A stretch of DNA of 42,555 bases from an uncultured Clostridia bacterium (GTDB taxonomy: Bacteria; Bacillota; Clostridia; HGM11514), in contig CABSMD010000002.1 of the NCBI GenBank assembly GCA_902478725.1, positions 1-42,555 of the forward strand, given 5' to 3'. Positions 8,267 to 17,313 of this stretch are shown here, one piece after another. The notes under the pieces are model-generated. The model was given only the letters and a program-made list of their open reading frames with translations. It was not told the origin of the DNA and made no database searches. The stretch's first letter is position 1. Every line of letters starts with the position of its first letter. The translations under genes and the position numbers were made by a program.

Positions 8267-8857
8267 TTGGACAGGTTTGACGAGGCATTTGCCAGGCTCA
8301 ATGCGCAGTTCTGCGGCAGCGGGAAGGTCGAAGAGGTGCGCCTGGACTTTAAAAATAAGAAATTTTTTCATGAATTTCAGCATAAACTTGAGGTAGACCG
8401 CTGGTGTGAGGTAGCGTTTGCGGTGCAGCGTAAAAACGGGAAGTTCATCGTCATCCGCACCGAGTTTTATCCCGACGGGGTGTACCGCATCCCGACCGGC
8501 GGGGTGCAGTTTGGGGAGGACATTCTCCATGCCCTGCACCGTGAAATTGCGGAGGAGCTGGGGCTGGCCGTCGAGATGAAACGCTTTCTGGGCGCGGTAC
8601 GCTACCACATTAGCTGTGAGGGAGAGTCGCTTTCGTTTGCCTCCTTCGTGTTCTGGTTGCGCGAAACCGGCGGGGAGATTTTGGCCGACGCGACCGAGGA
8701 TGAAATCTGCGAATACATCGAAGCTGACACAGACAAGCTGTCTGAAATCGCGGAAAACCTGCGTACCAATACCTCCAACTGGCATGACTGGTGCAGCTTC
8801 CGAATGCAGACGACGGCGTTTATCATCCCTTTTCTAAAGGAGAGTGAAAAGCCTTGA
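8267..8857 (+). CDS. NUDIX hydrolase
   Basis: 196 aa with a Nudix box, GGVQFGEDILHALHREIAEELGL (GX5EX7REUXEEXGU). It uses a TTG start as listed in the ORF track. Its stop overlaps the next gene's start by 4 nt (TTGA). Confidence 0.8.
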   Translation: MDRFDEAFARLNAQFCGSGKVEEVRLDFKNKKFFHEFQHKLEVDRWCEVAFAVQRKNGKFIVIRTEFYPDGVYRIPTGGVQFGEDILHALHREIAEELGLAVEMKRFLGAVRYHISCEGESLSFASFVFWLRETGGEILADATEDEICEYIEADTDKLSEIAENLRTNTSNWHDWCSFRMQTTAFIIPFLKESEKP

Positions 8858-10608
8858 GTGAAAACCGAAAGAGGACCCCAAAAAGAGGACGGCTATTTGG
8901 CAGGAAAAAAGCAGTCCTGATTGCCGTGGCAGTAGTTGCGGCGCTGCTTGTGCTGAGCTCGGCCTATCTGTGCTACGCCAGTTATTTTGTCAGTGATATT
9001 GCAAGCGGCGTGAACGTCGCCGGTGTGGAGATTGGCGGGCTGCAGTACGGCGAGGCCTATGAAAAGCTGGAAAAGGAGTTTAGCGGCGTACTGCGGGACC
9101 AGACCGTAACGCTGCAATATAATCAGGCAAAGGCGGAGTTCCGCCTGTCCGACGTGGACGCGGCGTTTGATTACCAGGCGGTGCTCGACGCGGCGGATGA
9201 CGTCGGCAAAAGCGGCAATCCCTTCCGGCGGATGGGCGAGCTGGTGAGCGCCCGCGTGAAAGGCGCGGCGGTCGAGCCGCAGCTGTCCTTTGACAAAGAG
9301 AAGCTGTCGGAAAAGCTCCAGCCGGTGCAGGAGGCAATCAAAGAGCCTGTCACCCCTTATTCGGCTGAACTGGACGGCGGGGAGATTGTGGTACATAGAG
9401 GCAAGGCCGGACAGGTCTTTGACGAGGATAAGCTATATCAGGATATTTTACATTGTGTCAAAAACGCGCAGGAGCTGAAGATTACCCTGCAAACCAGACT
9501 GGCCGAGCCGGAGCCGGTGGATGTGGAAAAGCTGTACGAACAGTTTTATAAAGAGCCGCAGGATGCGCGCTACACCACCGTGAACCATGAGATGGTGCTG
9601 GAGCGTGAGGTGGTCGGGGTGGACTTTGACAAGGAAGAAGCGGCGCGCATTTTGGAAAAGGGGGAGGACCCCTGCCGTATCCCTGTGAAGTTCACCGAGC
9701 CGCAGGTCAAGGTAACTGACCTGAAAACAGATGTGTTCGGTGACACGTTAGGCACCTACACCACCCGTTACAACGCCGGGGATACCGCCCGCAGTACCAA
9801 TGTGCGGATCGCGGCGGAAAAGATGAACGGCCAGGTGATCGCACCGGGCGAGGTGTTCTCCTACGCGGGTAACGTCGGCCACGGCTCCTATGCCGAGGGG
9901 TATGTGGACGCGAAGGTCTATGTCGGCGGCGAGATTACCGATGGACTGGCCGGGGGCATCTGTCAGGTGTCCTCCACGCTCTACAGTGCGGTGCTCTATG
10001 CGGACCTTGAAATCGTAACCCGCACCAACCATTCGATGCCGGTGTCCTACCTGCCGGCGGGGCAGGACGCGACGATCGCCTACCCCAGCATTGATTTTAA
10101 ATTCAGAAATTCCACAAAGTATCCAATCAAAGTCAGCGCAAGCGCAAGCGGCGGAACGCTGACCATCAGTATACTGGGCACCAACGACGATCCCGGCAAA
10201 AAGGTGACCATCACCAATACGACCACATCCACCATCCCCTTCCCCACGCGGACGGTGGAGACCTCCTCCCTCGCGCCGGGGCAGGAGAGGGTGAAGCAGA
10301 ACGGGTCTAACGGTTCTGTGGTCAATACCTATAAAACGATCACCCGCAACGGTGTGACAGAGAAGACCGAATTTGTTTCCACCAGCCGTTACAGCCCAAT
10401 CGAGAAGATCGTAGAGGTGGGAGTCTCCGGCGCACCGGAGCAAACCCCGCCGCCTGCGGAGGAAACGCCCGCTCCGCCTCCGGCTGAACCGGCTCCTGAG
10501 ACACCGGAGCCGCCCCCGGCGGAAGTAACGCCGGAAACCACGGAGCCGCCGGCAGAACCGACGCCGGAAGAGACGCCTCCAGCTCCGGAGGAATCCCCGG
10601 CGGAATAG
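8854..10608 (+). CDS. VanW-family protein with a G5 domain and a Pro/Glu-rich C-terminal tail
   Basis: 584 aa with an N-terminal TM anchor. The VanW core reads GGICQVSSTLYSAVLYADLEIVTRTNHS.PVSYLPAGQDATIAYPSIDFKFRN. A G5-like segment follows (TRTVETSSLAPGQERVKQNGSNGSVVNTYKTITRNG), then a PE/PT-rich tail. Confidence 0.85.
   Translation: MSENRKRTPKRGRLFGRKKAVLIAVAVVAALLVLSSAYLCYASYFVSDIASGVNVAGVEIGGLQYGEAYEKLEKEFSGVLRDQTVTLQYNQAKAEFRLSDVDAAFDYQAVLDAADDVGKSGNPFRRMGELVSARVKGAAVEPQLSFDKEKLSEKLQPVQEAIKEPVTPYSAELDGGEIVVHRGKAGQVFDEDKLYQDILHCVKNAQELKITLQTRLAEPEPVDVEKLYEQFYKEPQDARYTTVNHEMVLEREVVGVDFDKEEAARILEKGEDPCRIPVKFTEPQVKVTDLKTDVFGDTLGTYTTRYNAGDTARSTNVRIAAEKMNGQVIAPGEVFSYAGNVGHGSYAEGYVDAKVYVGGEITDGLAGGICQVSSTLYSAVLYADLEIVTRTNHSMPVSYLPAGQDATIAYPSIDFKFRNSTKYPIKVSASASGGTLTISILGTNDDPGKKVTITNTTTSTIPFPTRTVETSSLAPGQERVKQNGSNGSVVNTYKTITRNGVTEKTEFVSTSRYSPIEKIVEVGVSGAPEQTPPPAEETPAPPPAEPAPETPEPPPAEVTPETTEPPAEPTPEETPPAPEESPAE
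10432..10605 (+). repeat. Low-complexity Pro/Glu/Thr/Ala-rich coding repeats at the C-terminal tail of the VanW/G5 protein
   Basis: The translation APEQTPPPAEETPAPPPAEPAPETPEPPPAEVTPETTEPPAEPTPEETPPAPEESPAE is encoded by imperfect tandem CCG/GAG/ACG-rich units. Confidence 0.6.
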
Positions 10609-10649
10609 AAAGCCAATTATTATATTAGATAAAAGGAGACAGAAGAACG

Positions 10650-11372
10650 ATGGAAAAGATCAGGGTAACGATTTGGAATGAATACCGGCACGAGAAGAAG
10701 GATGAGGCGGTTGCAAAGGTGTATCCCGACGGGATTCACAGCGCGATCGCGTCGATGCTTGGGACTGAGGCGGATATGGAGATCCGTACCGCGACGCTGG
10801 ATGAGCCGGAACACGGCCTGACCGATGAGGTGCTTGCATCGACCGATGTGTTGCTTTGGTGGGGGCATATGGCCCACGGCGAGGTGTCCGATGAGATCGT
10901 CGGCAAGGTGTGCCAGCGGGTGCTGGATGGGATGGGCTTTATCGCCCTGCATTCGGGCCATGCCTCGAAACCGTTCGCTAAGCTGATGGGAACCAACAGC
11001 GGCGAGCTCAAATGGAGGGAAAGCGGCGATACGGAGCGGCTGTGGCTGATTGAGCCGGGCCATCCGATTGCGGCAAATTTGCCCGAATACATTGAGATTG
11101 AAAACGAGGAAACCTATGGGGAACGCTTTGACATCCCCGCGCCGGATGAACTGGTGTTCATCAGCTGGTTTTCCGGCGGCGAGGTGTTCCGCAGCGGCTG
11201 CTGCTATAACCGCGGGTTGGGCAAGATCTTTTATTTCCGTCCCGGACACGAGACCTATCCAATTTACTACCGGGAGGATATCATGCAGGTCATCAAAAAC
11301 GCCATCCGCTGGGCAAAGCCGGTGTGCGGCCCCAAACCAACCTTTGGTCAATACCGGCCGAACGAACAATAG
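10650..11372 (+). CDS. ThuA-domain protein (trehalose-utilisation ThuA-like, GATase1-like fold)
   Basis: 240 aa. The pattern [13 protein letters not shown]....VYPDGIH..IA..L.......[28 protein letters not shown]...... ..[15 protein letters not shown] is characteristic of the ThuA family. A good AAAGGAG SD is present. Confidence 0.85.
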   Translation: MEKIRVTIWNEYRHEKKDEAVAKVYPDGIHSAIASMLGTEADMEIRTATLDEPEHGLTDEVLASTDVLLWWGHMAHGEVSDEIVGKVCQRVLDGMGFIALHSGHASKPFAKLMGTNSGELKWRESGDTERLWLIEPGHPIAANLPEYIEIENEETYGERFDIPAPDELVFISWFSGGEVFRSGCCYNRGLGKIFYFRPGHETYPIYYREDIMQVIKNAIRWAKPVCGPKPTFGQYRPNEQ

Positions 11373-11377
11373 AATTC

Positions 11378-11408
11378 AAAAACCGAAGCCAAATGCTTCG
11401 GTTTTTTG
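11378..11408 (+). terminator. Rho-independent terminator after thuA-like gene
   Basis: AAAAACCGAAGC-CAAAT-GCTTCGGTTTTTTG: a stem followed by a T-run. Confidence 0.85.
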
Positions 11409-11444
11409 TTGCCCCATACTTTTTTTAAAATCCAATATTTTATA

Positions 11445-11473
11445 TTGCTTTTACAAACTCAATATGCTAAAAT
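11445..11473 (+). promoter_or_regulatory. Candidate extended -10 promoter for the beta-helix gene at 11512
   Basis: TTGCTT, a 17-nt spacer, then TAAAAT, with a TGC immediately upstream of the -10 element. Confidence 0.5.
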
Positions 11474-11511
11474 AGGGAAGCATTCTAAATAAGAAGGAGA
11501 GGAGCAAGAAA

Positions 11512-14097
11512 ATGAAAAACTGGAAAAAGACAATGCTGTTCCTGCTGGCCTGCACGTTGGTGTTTTCCGCCTGTCTGCCGCTGGGTGTAACAGCGGCAGA
11601 CAATGCGAAGGTGAACGCCTTTTACGTCGCGCCGGATGGGAACGACCAAAACGACGGTAGTATTAATAGTCCGTTCGCCACACTGGAGGCGGCGCGGGAT
11701 GCGGTGCGCAAGCTCAAAAACGGCTCCGGGATTCCCGCGGGCGGCATCCGCGTATATCTGCGCGAGGGGTCCTATTTCCGCAACAAGACACTGGAACTAA
11801 TCGCGGAGGATTCCGGCACGGAGGGTTCCCCGGTCATCTACACCGCTTATCCGGGCGAAAAGGTGGTTATCACCGGCGGCGCGACCCTAAACGGCGGCGA
11901 TTTTAAAAAGGTAACCGATACCGAATTGCTGTCCCGTCTGCCCAAAGCCGCGCAGGACAAGATCTATGAGATCGATTTAAGCGCCCAGGGCGTGGAAAAG
12001 CTACTCGACCCCAAGCCGAGCATGCAGGCGCTGTTCAATGACGAATCCCTGCGTCTGGCCCGCTGGCCGAACGATGATTATTATATCGTTCCCAAGGTCA
12101 TCGACGAGGGGACTACCACCCGTGAGTATGGCGAGGACAAAAACCCGCCGAACAGCCCCAATTACATACCGCCGGAGAAGCAGAAGAACGACCCCGGCAT
12201 TATCCAGTATGATGTGAACAACATCAATAACTGGACCAATTTGGAGGACGTCTATCTGGAAGGCTACTGGGGCGTGCTCTGGTCGACCGATATCCTGCAG
12301 ATCACCGAACGGGATACCGAGAAAAAGACCTTGAAATTCAACCGCGCCACCACCTATGGCGTGAAAAACTCCATGGCGCGTTTTTATGCCTTTAACGTGT
12401 TTGAGGAAATCGACGCCCCGGGCGAGTATTACATCGACAAGAACACCATGAAGATGTACCTTTACCCGCCGGCGGACATGAATAACGCAAAGATCGAGCT
12501 GACCGAGCTTGACAAAGAGTTCGTCCTCATGAAGGACGTAGAAAACGTCGCCTTTTCCAACATCAGCTTTGAGACCAACGCGTTGGGCGCGATCCGGATG
12601 GAGGGCGGCAAGAACAACAACATCCAGGGATGCAGTTTCTCCAAAATACAGGACGCCGTTATCACCATTAACCAGGCGTATGATGTTGGCGTAGCCTCCT
12701 GTAACTTCAAAAACATCGGCGGCAAGGGCGTGGCGATCGATTCGGGCGACAAGCAGACTATCACCCCGGCCAACATCTATGTAGAAAACTGTACCTTTGA
12801 AAAATTCCAGCAGATCAAGCGCACCTACAACCCCGCCATCGCACCCGATGGCGTGGGCACCAGGATGTCGCACAACGTCATGTTCGACTCCCCGCATACC
12901 GCGATCCTCTTTAACGGTATGGAGATGAACATCGAGTACAATGAGATCTTTGACATGGTCAAGGAGACCGACGACGCGGGCGCGATCTATTCCGGCCGTG
13001 ACATGACCTCCCGCGGCAATAAAATTACCTATAACTATATCCATGACATGGACGACGGGCAGGGAGCCCACGGCCGCGCGGCGATCTACATGGACGACGC
13101 GATGAGCTCGATGACCGCCTTTGGCAACATTTTCAACAACATCCAAAAGGGCTTCTTTATGGGCGGCGGACGCGACCATGTGATCGCGAACAACATCTTT
13201 GTGCGCACCAGCAACCCGATCCCGTTTGATGCGCGGCAGGCTGGTATGACGGTTAAGCAGCTTCTTGACAAAGAAACCACCGATACGATCCCGCTGCGGT
13301 TCCAGTCGGTGCCGTATGACAGTCCCGTCTGGCTGGAGAAATACCCTGAGGTCAACGCTATGGTGGAAGACGAAAATCCCGGTTACCCCAAGGGCAACTC
13401 GATTTATAACAACGCTTTCATCAACAGCGAGGCCATGAGTCTCCATTCCCTGGTTACGGAATACGCCAAGAGGCTCGAGGGTAATGAAGAGGTCAAATTA
13501 AGCGGCAGCGGCGTGGAGTTTTCCAAGGATAAGCGTTCCGTCACACTTGACCCGAATGGCAAGCTTTTTGAAAAGATTCCGGGCTTTGAGATGATTCCGA
13601 CTGAAAAGATTGGTTCCTACACCAACCGCTTAAACGATAAGCTGTCCAAGGTGGTTGCACTGAAGATCGCCAGCCCCAACGCACTTGTCAAGGGCGCGCA
13701 CAGCTTTGTTGATCCGGACAATCTGGCAGTACAGCCGTTGGTTGTGGATGACCGGACGCTGGTTCCGGTTCGCTTCATCACCGAGAGCTTCGGTGCAGAT
13801 GTCACCTGGGACGGCGCGACCGAGGAGGTAGGCGTGAAGATCGGCGGAAGCGAAGTCAAGTTGACTCTGGGCAGCGATGTTATGACGGTGAACGGCGCCG
13901 AGCAGAAGCTGGACGTTCCGGCCCAGACGATCGAGGACCGTACTATGATCCCGCTTCGTGCGCTGGTAGAGAGCATTAACAAGAAGGTTTTCTGGGACGA
14001 CCGTGGCCTGATCCTCATCAGCGATGAAGAGAACGTGTTCGACACCGAGGAAGACGCTTACCTGATCGACGATACCATCCGTCGGCTTTCGTTCTAA
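11512..14097 (+). CDS. Secreted right-handed parallel beta-helix protein (putative glycan-active enzyme) with a copper-amine-oxidase-N-like C-terminal domain
   Basis: 861 aa. Signal peptide ..VFSACLPLGVTA|AD. N-terminal cap motif FYVAPDGNDQNDGSINSPFATLEAARDAVRK. Repeated beta-helix turns with N/G/I-rich motifs (DAGAIYSGRDMTSRGNKITYNYIHDM). The C-terminal ~110 aa (VDDRTLVPVRFITESFGADVTWDG...EDRTMIPLRALVE) resemble Cu_amine_oxidN1. It is a paralog of 32525..35026 and of the central region of 22085..28126. Confidence 0.85.
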   Translation: MKNWKKTMLFLLACTLVFSACLPLGVTAADNAKVNAFYVAPDGNDQNDGSINSPFATLEAARDAVRKLKNGSGIPAGGIRVYLREGSYFRNKTLELIAEDSGTEGSPVIYTAYPGEKVVITGGATLNGGDFKKVTDTELLSRLPKAAQDKIYEIDLSAQGVEKLLDPKPSMQALFNDESLRLARWPNDDYYIVPKVIDEGTTTREYGEDKNPPNSPNYIPPEKQKNDPGIIQYDVNNINNWTNLEDVYLEGYWGVLWSTDILQITERDTEKKTLKFNRATTYGVKNSMARFYAFNVFEEIDAPGEYYIDKNTMKMYLYPPADMNNAKIELTELDKEFVLMKDVENVAFSNISFETNALGAIRMEGGKNNNIQGCSFSKIQDAVITINQAYDVGVASCNFKNIGGKGVAIDSGDKQTITPANIYVENCTFEKFQQIKRTYNPAIAPDGVGTRMSHNVMFDSPHTAILFNGMEMNIEYNEIFDMVKETDDAGAIYSGRDMTSRGNKITYNYIHDMDDGQGAHGRAAIYMDDAMSSMTAFGNIFNNIQKGFFMGGGRDHVIANNIFVRTSNPIPFDARQAGMTVKQLLDKETTDTIPLRFQSVPYDSPVWLEKYPEVNAMVEDENPGYPKGNSIYNNAFINSEAMSLHSLVTEYAKRLEGNEEVKLSGSGVEFSKDKRSVTLDPNGKLFEKIPGFEMIPTEKIGSYTNRLNDKLSKVVALKIASPNALVKGAHSFVDPDNLAVQPLVVDDRTLVPVRFITESFGADVTWDGATEEVGVKIGGSEVKLTLGSDVMTVNGAEQKLDVPAQTIEDRTMIPLRALVESINKKVFWDDRGLILISDEENVFDTEEDAYLIDDTIRRLSF

Positions 14098-14157
14098 AGA
14101 ACAGCGGCGGCAAACGATTTGTTTTCCGCCATTTTTTTGTTTAGGAAGGGGGCAACC

Positions 14158-15261
14158 ATGAAACCGATTGAAAATCCGGTTCAATTTCCATGTGATGCGC
14201 AAAGCAGCCCATTTTTCTGCGCGCTGTCGACCATGCTGCTTCCAACGCTCGGTTACAGTGAGGAAACGCCTTTTTATTGTTCGCCGAAAGGGACGTATTG
14301 TGTGCAATGCGGTGGCTGCGGCAACAAAAGTACCCTGCAAAAGCACCACCTGGCGCTTTATCACGACTACCAAACCTTGACCGGCGTAAGCTTCGGTTGG
14401 ACATGGCCGGAGGTGGACGGACCTTACCAGACCATACCGGGCGGAGGGGCCGGTTGGCGCTGGCCGGACGCCTTCGTTGATTCCATCATGGCCGCCGCGG
14501 GGCTTACCTGGCGACGCCTGTCCGGGAAGATGGATCGTGAAACCATCTATCACGCGGTTACCGGGTCGATCGACCGGGGCTGGCCGGTGATGGTGCGGCT
14601 GTGTGAGGGGAGAGACTGGCAGGTCATAACCGGCTATTGCGGCCATGAGATTTATGGCCTGGATTCCCACCGGCATACCCTCTCTGACATCTCCCGCTAC
14701 ACAGGGGATGGTTTGTTTGTAACAGCGGACTGGTCATTTGAGGACGCTATCGTGATTACCGGCCGCTGCGCCCCAACCGTCACATTGGCGGATGTTTTGG
14801 ACGTCATCATCCGCACGCTGTCGCATCCCGCCCATGCGGAGCTGGAACACGACCTGCTGCAGCGGATGGAACGGATCACGCCGGATAACGCATATGACAC
14901 AGCGCAATGGCTGTGCCATATGGCCGGCTTTCCGATCGAGGCGCGCTGGCACGCGGCGGAGTCCCTATGCTCCGAAAAGTCCACGATCACAAGGCTGACA
15001 GACGACGAAGCTGTCAAAGACAGGCTGTTCCAGCTTTTCTTTAACCGGTACATCGCCGACCACAACGATGAGACCCACGGCGTATGCTGGAGGATATGGG
15101 GTCTACTCGGCGCCGGGCCGCAGACGGGCTACCGGATTTTACCGGAGGCGCGCGAGGCGTTGCTGTGTTCGGATATCCAGAAGGAACTCAAACGGCTGTT
15201 TTTGATCGTATTTGAAAATGACCGCGCGGTGCTTGCGGGTCTTCGGGGAATAGACCTGTAA
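14158..15261 (+). CDS. Hypothetical cytoplasmic protein with a Cys-rich N-terminus; a papain/C39-like fold is only a guess
   Basis: I trimmed the ORF to the ATG at 14158, which follows an AGGAAGGGGG SD. The product is 367 aa with no signal peptide and contains the cluster FPCD..FFCALS..YCSPKGTYCVQCGGCGNK. I recognised no family with confidence. Confidence 0.65.
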   Translation: MKPIENPVQFPCDAQSSPFFCALSTMLLPTLGYSEETPFYCSPKGTYCVQCGGCGNKSTLQKHHLALYHDYQTLTGVSFGWTWPEVDGPYQTIPGGGAGWRWPDAFVDSIMAAAGLTWRRLSGKMDRETIYHAVTGSIDRGWPVMVRLCEGRDWQVITGYCGHEIYGLDSHRHTLSDISRYTGDGLFVTADWSFEDAIVITGRCAPTVTLADVLDVIIRTLSHPAHAELEHDLLQRMERITPDNAYDTAQWLCHMAGFPIEARWHAAESLCSEKSTITRLTDDEAVKDRLFQLFFNRYIADHNDETHGVCWRIWGLLGAGPQTGYRILPEAREALLCSDIQKELKRLFLIVFENDRAVLAGLRGIDL

Positions 15262-15306
15262 ACACCAACCCAATCGATCGGTGCGGGGCAGTCTGTGATT
15301 TGCCTA

Positions 15307-15335
15307 TTGACAAACCGGCGAATCGGGTTTATACT
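15307..15335 (+). promoter_or_regulatory. Near-consensus sigma-A promoter for the ygjV-like gene
   Basis: TTGACA (15307-15312), a 17-nt spacer, then TATACT (15330-15335). Confidence 0.6.
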
Positions 15336-15374
15336 GCTTAAAATGGAGTATATTAAAAGATAGGGGAAATCAGC

Positions 15375-15935
15375 TTGCAAATTTTTGCGCAATGTATCGG
15401 ATTGGTTGGGATGGCACTCGCTTTCGTGTCTTTTCAGAGCAAGAGCAGCCGGGGAATTCTGTTTTTTCAAATTTTAGCATCCAGTGTATTTTCGCTGCAC
15501 TTCTTTTTATTGGGAGCCTACACCGGCATGGCGATGAATCTGGTCGGTGTGGCAAGAAACGCCGTATCCTACTGCAAAGACAAGCGGTGGGCGTCGGGCA
15601 GGTGTTGGATGTATGTGTTCATCGCCGCCTACCTCATCACCGGCATCCTCACATGGGAATCGGTGTTCAGCATTTTCCCGATCGTGGCAATGGTGCTCTC
15701 GACCGTCGCATTTTGGATCAAGGACGCGAACCTTCTGCGTCTGGTCTATTTCCCGTCATCGCCCTGCTGGCTGGTGTATAACATCGCAAGCCGGTCGGTT
15801 GCGGGCATCCTGACCGAGAGCTTTTCGTTGGTGTCGCTGCTGATTGCGTTTATCCGATTTCAACTGTTAGGAAAAGAGAAGAAGGAGGAGGGGAATCCCG
15901 ATGCCCTGGTGTCCGAGCTGCAAGAAAGAGTATGA
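15375..15935 (+). CDS. YgjV-family inner membrane protein
   Basis: 186 aa with about 5 TM helices. The N-terminus (QCIGLVGMALAFVSFQSKSSRGILFFQILASSVFSLHFFLLGAYTGMAMN) is typical of the Imp-YgjV family. It uses a TTG start. Confidence 0.7.
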   Translation: MQIFAQCIGLVGMALAFVSFQSKSSRGILFFQILASSVFSLHFFLLGAYTGMAMNLVGVARNAVSYCKDKRWASGRCWMYVFIAAYLITGILTWESVFSIFPIVAMVLSTVAFWIKDANLLRLVYFPSSPCWLVYNIASRSVAGILTESFSLVSLLIAFIRFQLLGKEKKEEGNPDALVSELQERV

Positions 15936-16263
15936 CAAGGGAACCAAACGCTGCCCGTTGTGTGACAAAAGGCTGGTTCGTAAGCTTCCACCGGAATATG
16001 ACACGGCCGTCTACCTCACCACTGCCGACGACAGCTTTGAAGCGAACATTATCGTATCACTGCTGGAGAGCTACCAGATCCCGGTTTTAAAAAAGCACAA
16101 GCATATGGGCGAGTATATTGAGATATTTACCGGGAGCTCCAATTTCGGGATTGACCTGTACGTGCCTTCCCGCGCGCTCGAGGCCGCCCGCGACATTCTG
16201 GCTGACCGGACGGACGGGCCGGAGGAAGAAGCGGACGGGCAGGAACCGGAAACCGAAGACTGA
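15901..16263 (+). CDS. Zinc-ribbon plus DUF2007-like (putative signal-transducing, PII-like fold) protein
   Basis: 120 aa with an N-terminal CPSC...CPLC ribbon. A DUF2007-like segment follows (VYLTTADDSFEANIIVSLLESYQIPVLKK...IDLYVPSRALEAARDIL), then an acidic tail. Its GAAGGAGGAGGGG SD lies inside the 3' end of the ygjV-like gene, with a 35-nt overlap. Confidence 0.7.
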   Translation: MPWCPSCKKEYDKGTKRCPLCDKRLVRKLPPEYDTAVYLTTADDSFEANIIVSLLESYQIPVLKKHKHMGEYIEIFTGSSNFGIDLYVPSRALEAARDILADRTDGPEEEADGQEPETED

Positions 16264-16288
16264 AACAATCCGCTTATTGCAAACATAT

Positions 16289-16322
16289 GCCGCATAGGGA
16301 AGCTCCCTATGCGGCTGTTTTG
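16289..16322. terminator. Terminator hairpin between convergent genes
   Basis: GCCGCATAGGGA-AGC-TCCCTATGCGGC followed by TGTTTTG. It overlaps the last codons of the minus-strand EamA gene. Confidence 0.7.
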
Positions 16323-17188
16323 ATGCAGAGCAAAAAGATACCTGCGATCCCCACGGCCAGGCCCGCCCATTTGCGGGCCGGCAGGGTTTCACGGTAGAGT
16401 AGCAAAGCGGCAAGGACGGCGAGCAGCAGGCTTCCACCATTGACGATGGGGAAGAACACCGCACTCTCCATCACGCCGGACAGGTACAGGTTCAGCTTAT
16501 TCGCTCCGACGGTTCCAAGCCCACCTGCCAAAAGCAGCAGGATGGGCTTGGGGCTGAAAACGGATGATTTTGCAAGCGCCCTTCGTTCCCGCAGGCAGGG
16601 GACGGCTGAAACCAGCGCCGAAACCAAAAAGGCTACGATTAAAAACCCCCCCGCCTCGTCCCTGTGTGGGGATGTCTGGTGGATTTTCTGCAGCACGCCG
16701 ATCATCCCCATCATGACAAAGGCCACCAGGCTATAGACAAGCCAGCGCCCGGAGGCCGCCTTGTCTTTCTCCCCTTTGTCGGTTGACAGCACGATCGAAG
16801 CCAGCACGAGGAGAATCCCTATGTATTGCAGGAAGGAAACCTGCTCCCCCCAGCCGATTCGGCCAGCCAGGGCCGGGATCAGCATGGAGGAGGTAACCAC
16901 CACCGTGGTATAAGACATCGATCCAATTTGCAGCGCCTTAAGCTTAAAGACTGCGGACAGCGCAGTCACCGCGCCGAACACGCTTCCCAGCAGGAGGGTG
17001 TAGGGAGATGTTCCCCCAATCCAGCCGCCTGTTGCCAGCAGCACAAGCGCCGCAAGCAGGCTTGTGCAAAGGTTATAAAATGCAAAGCTGGATGGGGCGG
17101 CATACCCTTTGCTATAGCTGTTCAGGCTGCAGGTGTATAAGAGCGTGGAAAGCAATGATACCGCTAAAAGTATGGTTGTCGTTAGCAT
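16307..17188 (-). CDS. EamA/DMT-superfamily transporter
   Basis: 293 aa with about 10 predicted TM helices in two similar halves. Composition is Gly/Ala/Leu-rich, typical of the drug/metabolite transporter (DMT) superfamily. It is divergent from an AraC regulator gene. Confidence 0.8.
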   Translation of the reverse strand: MLTTTILLAVSLLSTLLYTCSLNSYSKGYAAPSSFAFYNLCTSLLAALVLLATGGWIGGTSPYTLLLGSVFGAVTALSAVFKLKALQIGSMSYTTVVVTSSMLIPALAGRIGWGEQVSFLQYIGILLVLASIVLSTDKGEKDKAASGRWLVYSLVAFVMMGMIGVLQKIHQTSPHRDEAGGFLIVAFLVSALVSAVPCLRERRALAKSSVFSPKPILLLLAGGLGTVGANKLNLYLSGVMESAVFFPIVNGGSLLLAVLAALLLYRETLPARKWAGLAVGIAGIFLLCIKTAA

Positions 17189-17313
17189 CTGTTAAAAATC
17201 CTTTCCTGTTTATTCTGTCATATTGTATTACATGATTTGTTTTATTTCTATTGTAAATCACTCTGAAAGTATGATAAAATGTTTATTATCTTAACAAAGG
17301 GATGTGAACAGGT

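Noticed and set aside
10555-10625. While hand-translating the 3' end of the VanW/G5 gene I got a 1-nt register disagreement with the ORF track at the 10560/10561 line break, compensated near 10620. That could have suggested a frameshift.
   Set aside because: Three independent ORF-track entries (8854..10608 +, 10389..10616 -, 10620..11369 -) agree with each other, and register is restored by the ATG at 10650. I treat it as my own reading error and use the track coordinates.
12001-13446. Long antisense ORFs inside well-supported genes. Examples are 12001..13446 (481 aa), 3274..4266 (330 aa), 13630..14676 (348 aa), 26183..27193 (336 aa), 20683..21567 (294 aa), 27266..28189 (307 aa), 23969..24631 and 9748..10443.
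   Set aside because: All lie opposite ORFs with clear domain content. Their translations are Arg/Gly/Pro/His-rich with no motifs, SD sites or signal peptides. Such ORFs are expected in the antisense frames of ~57% GC coding DNA.
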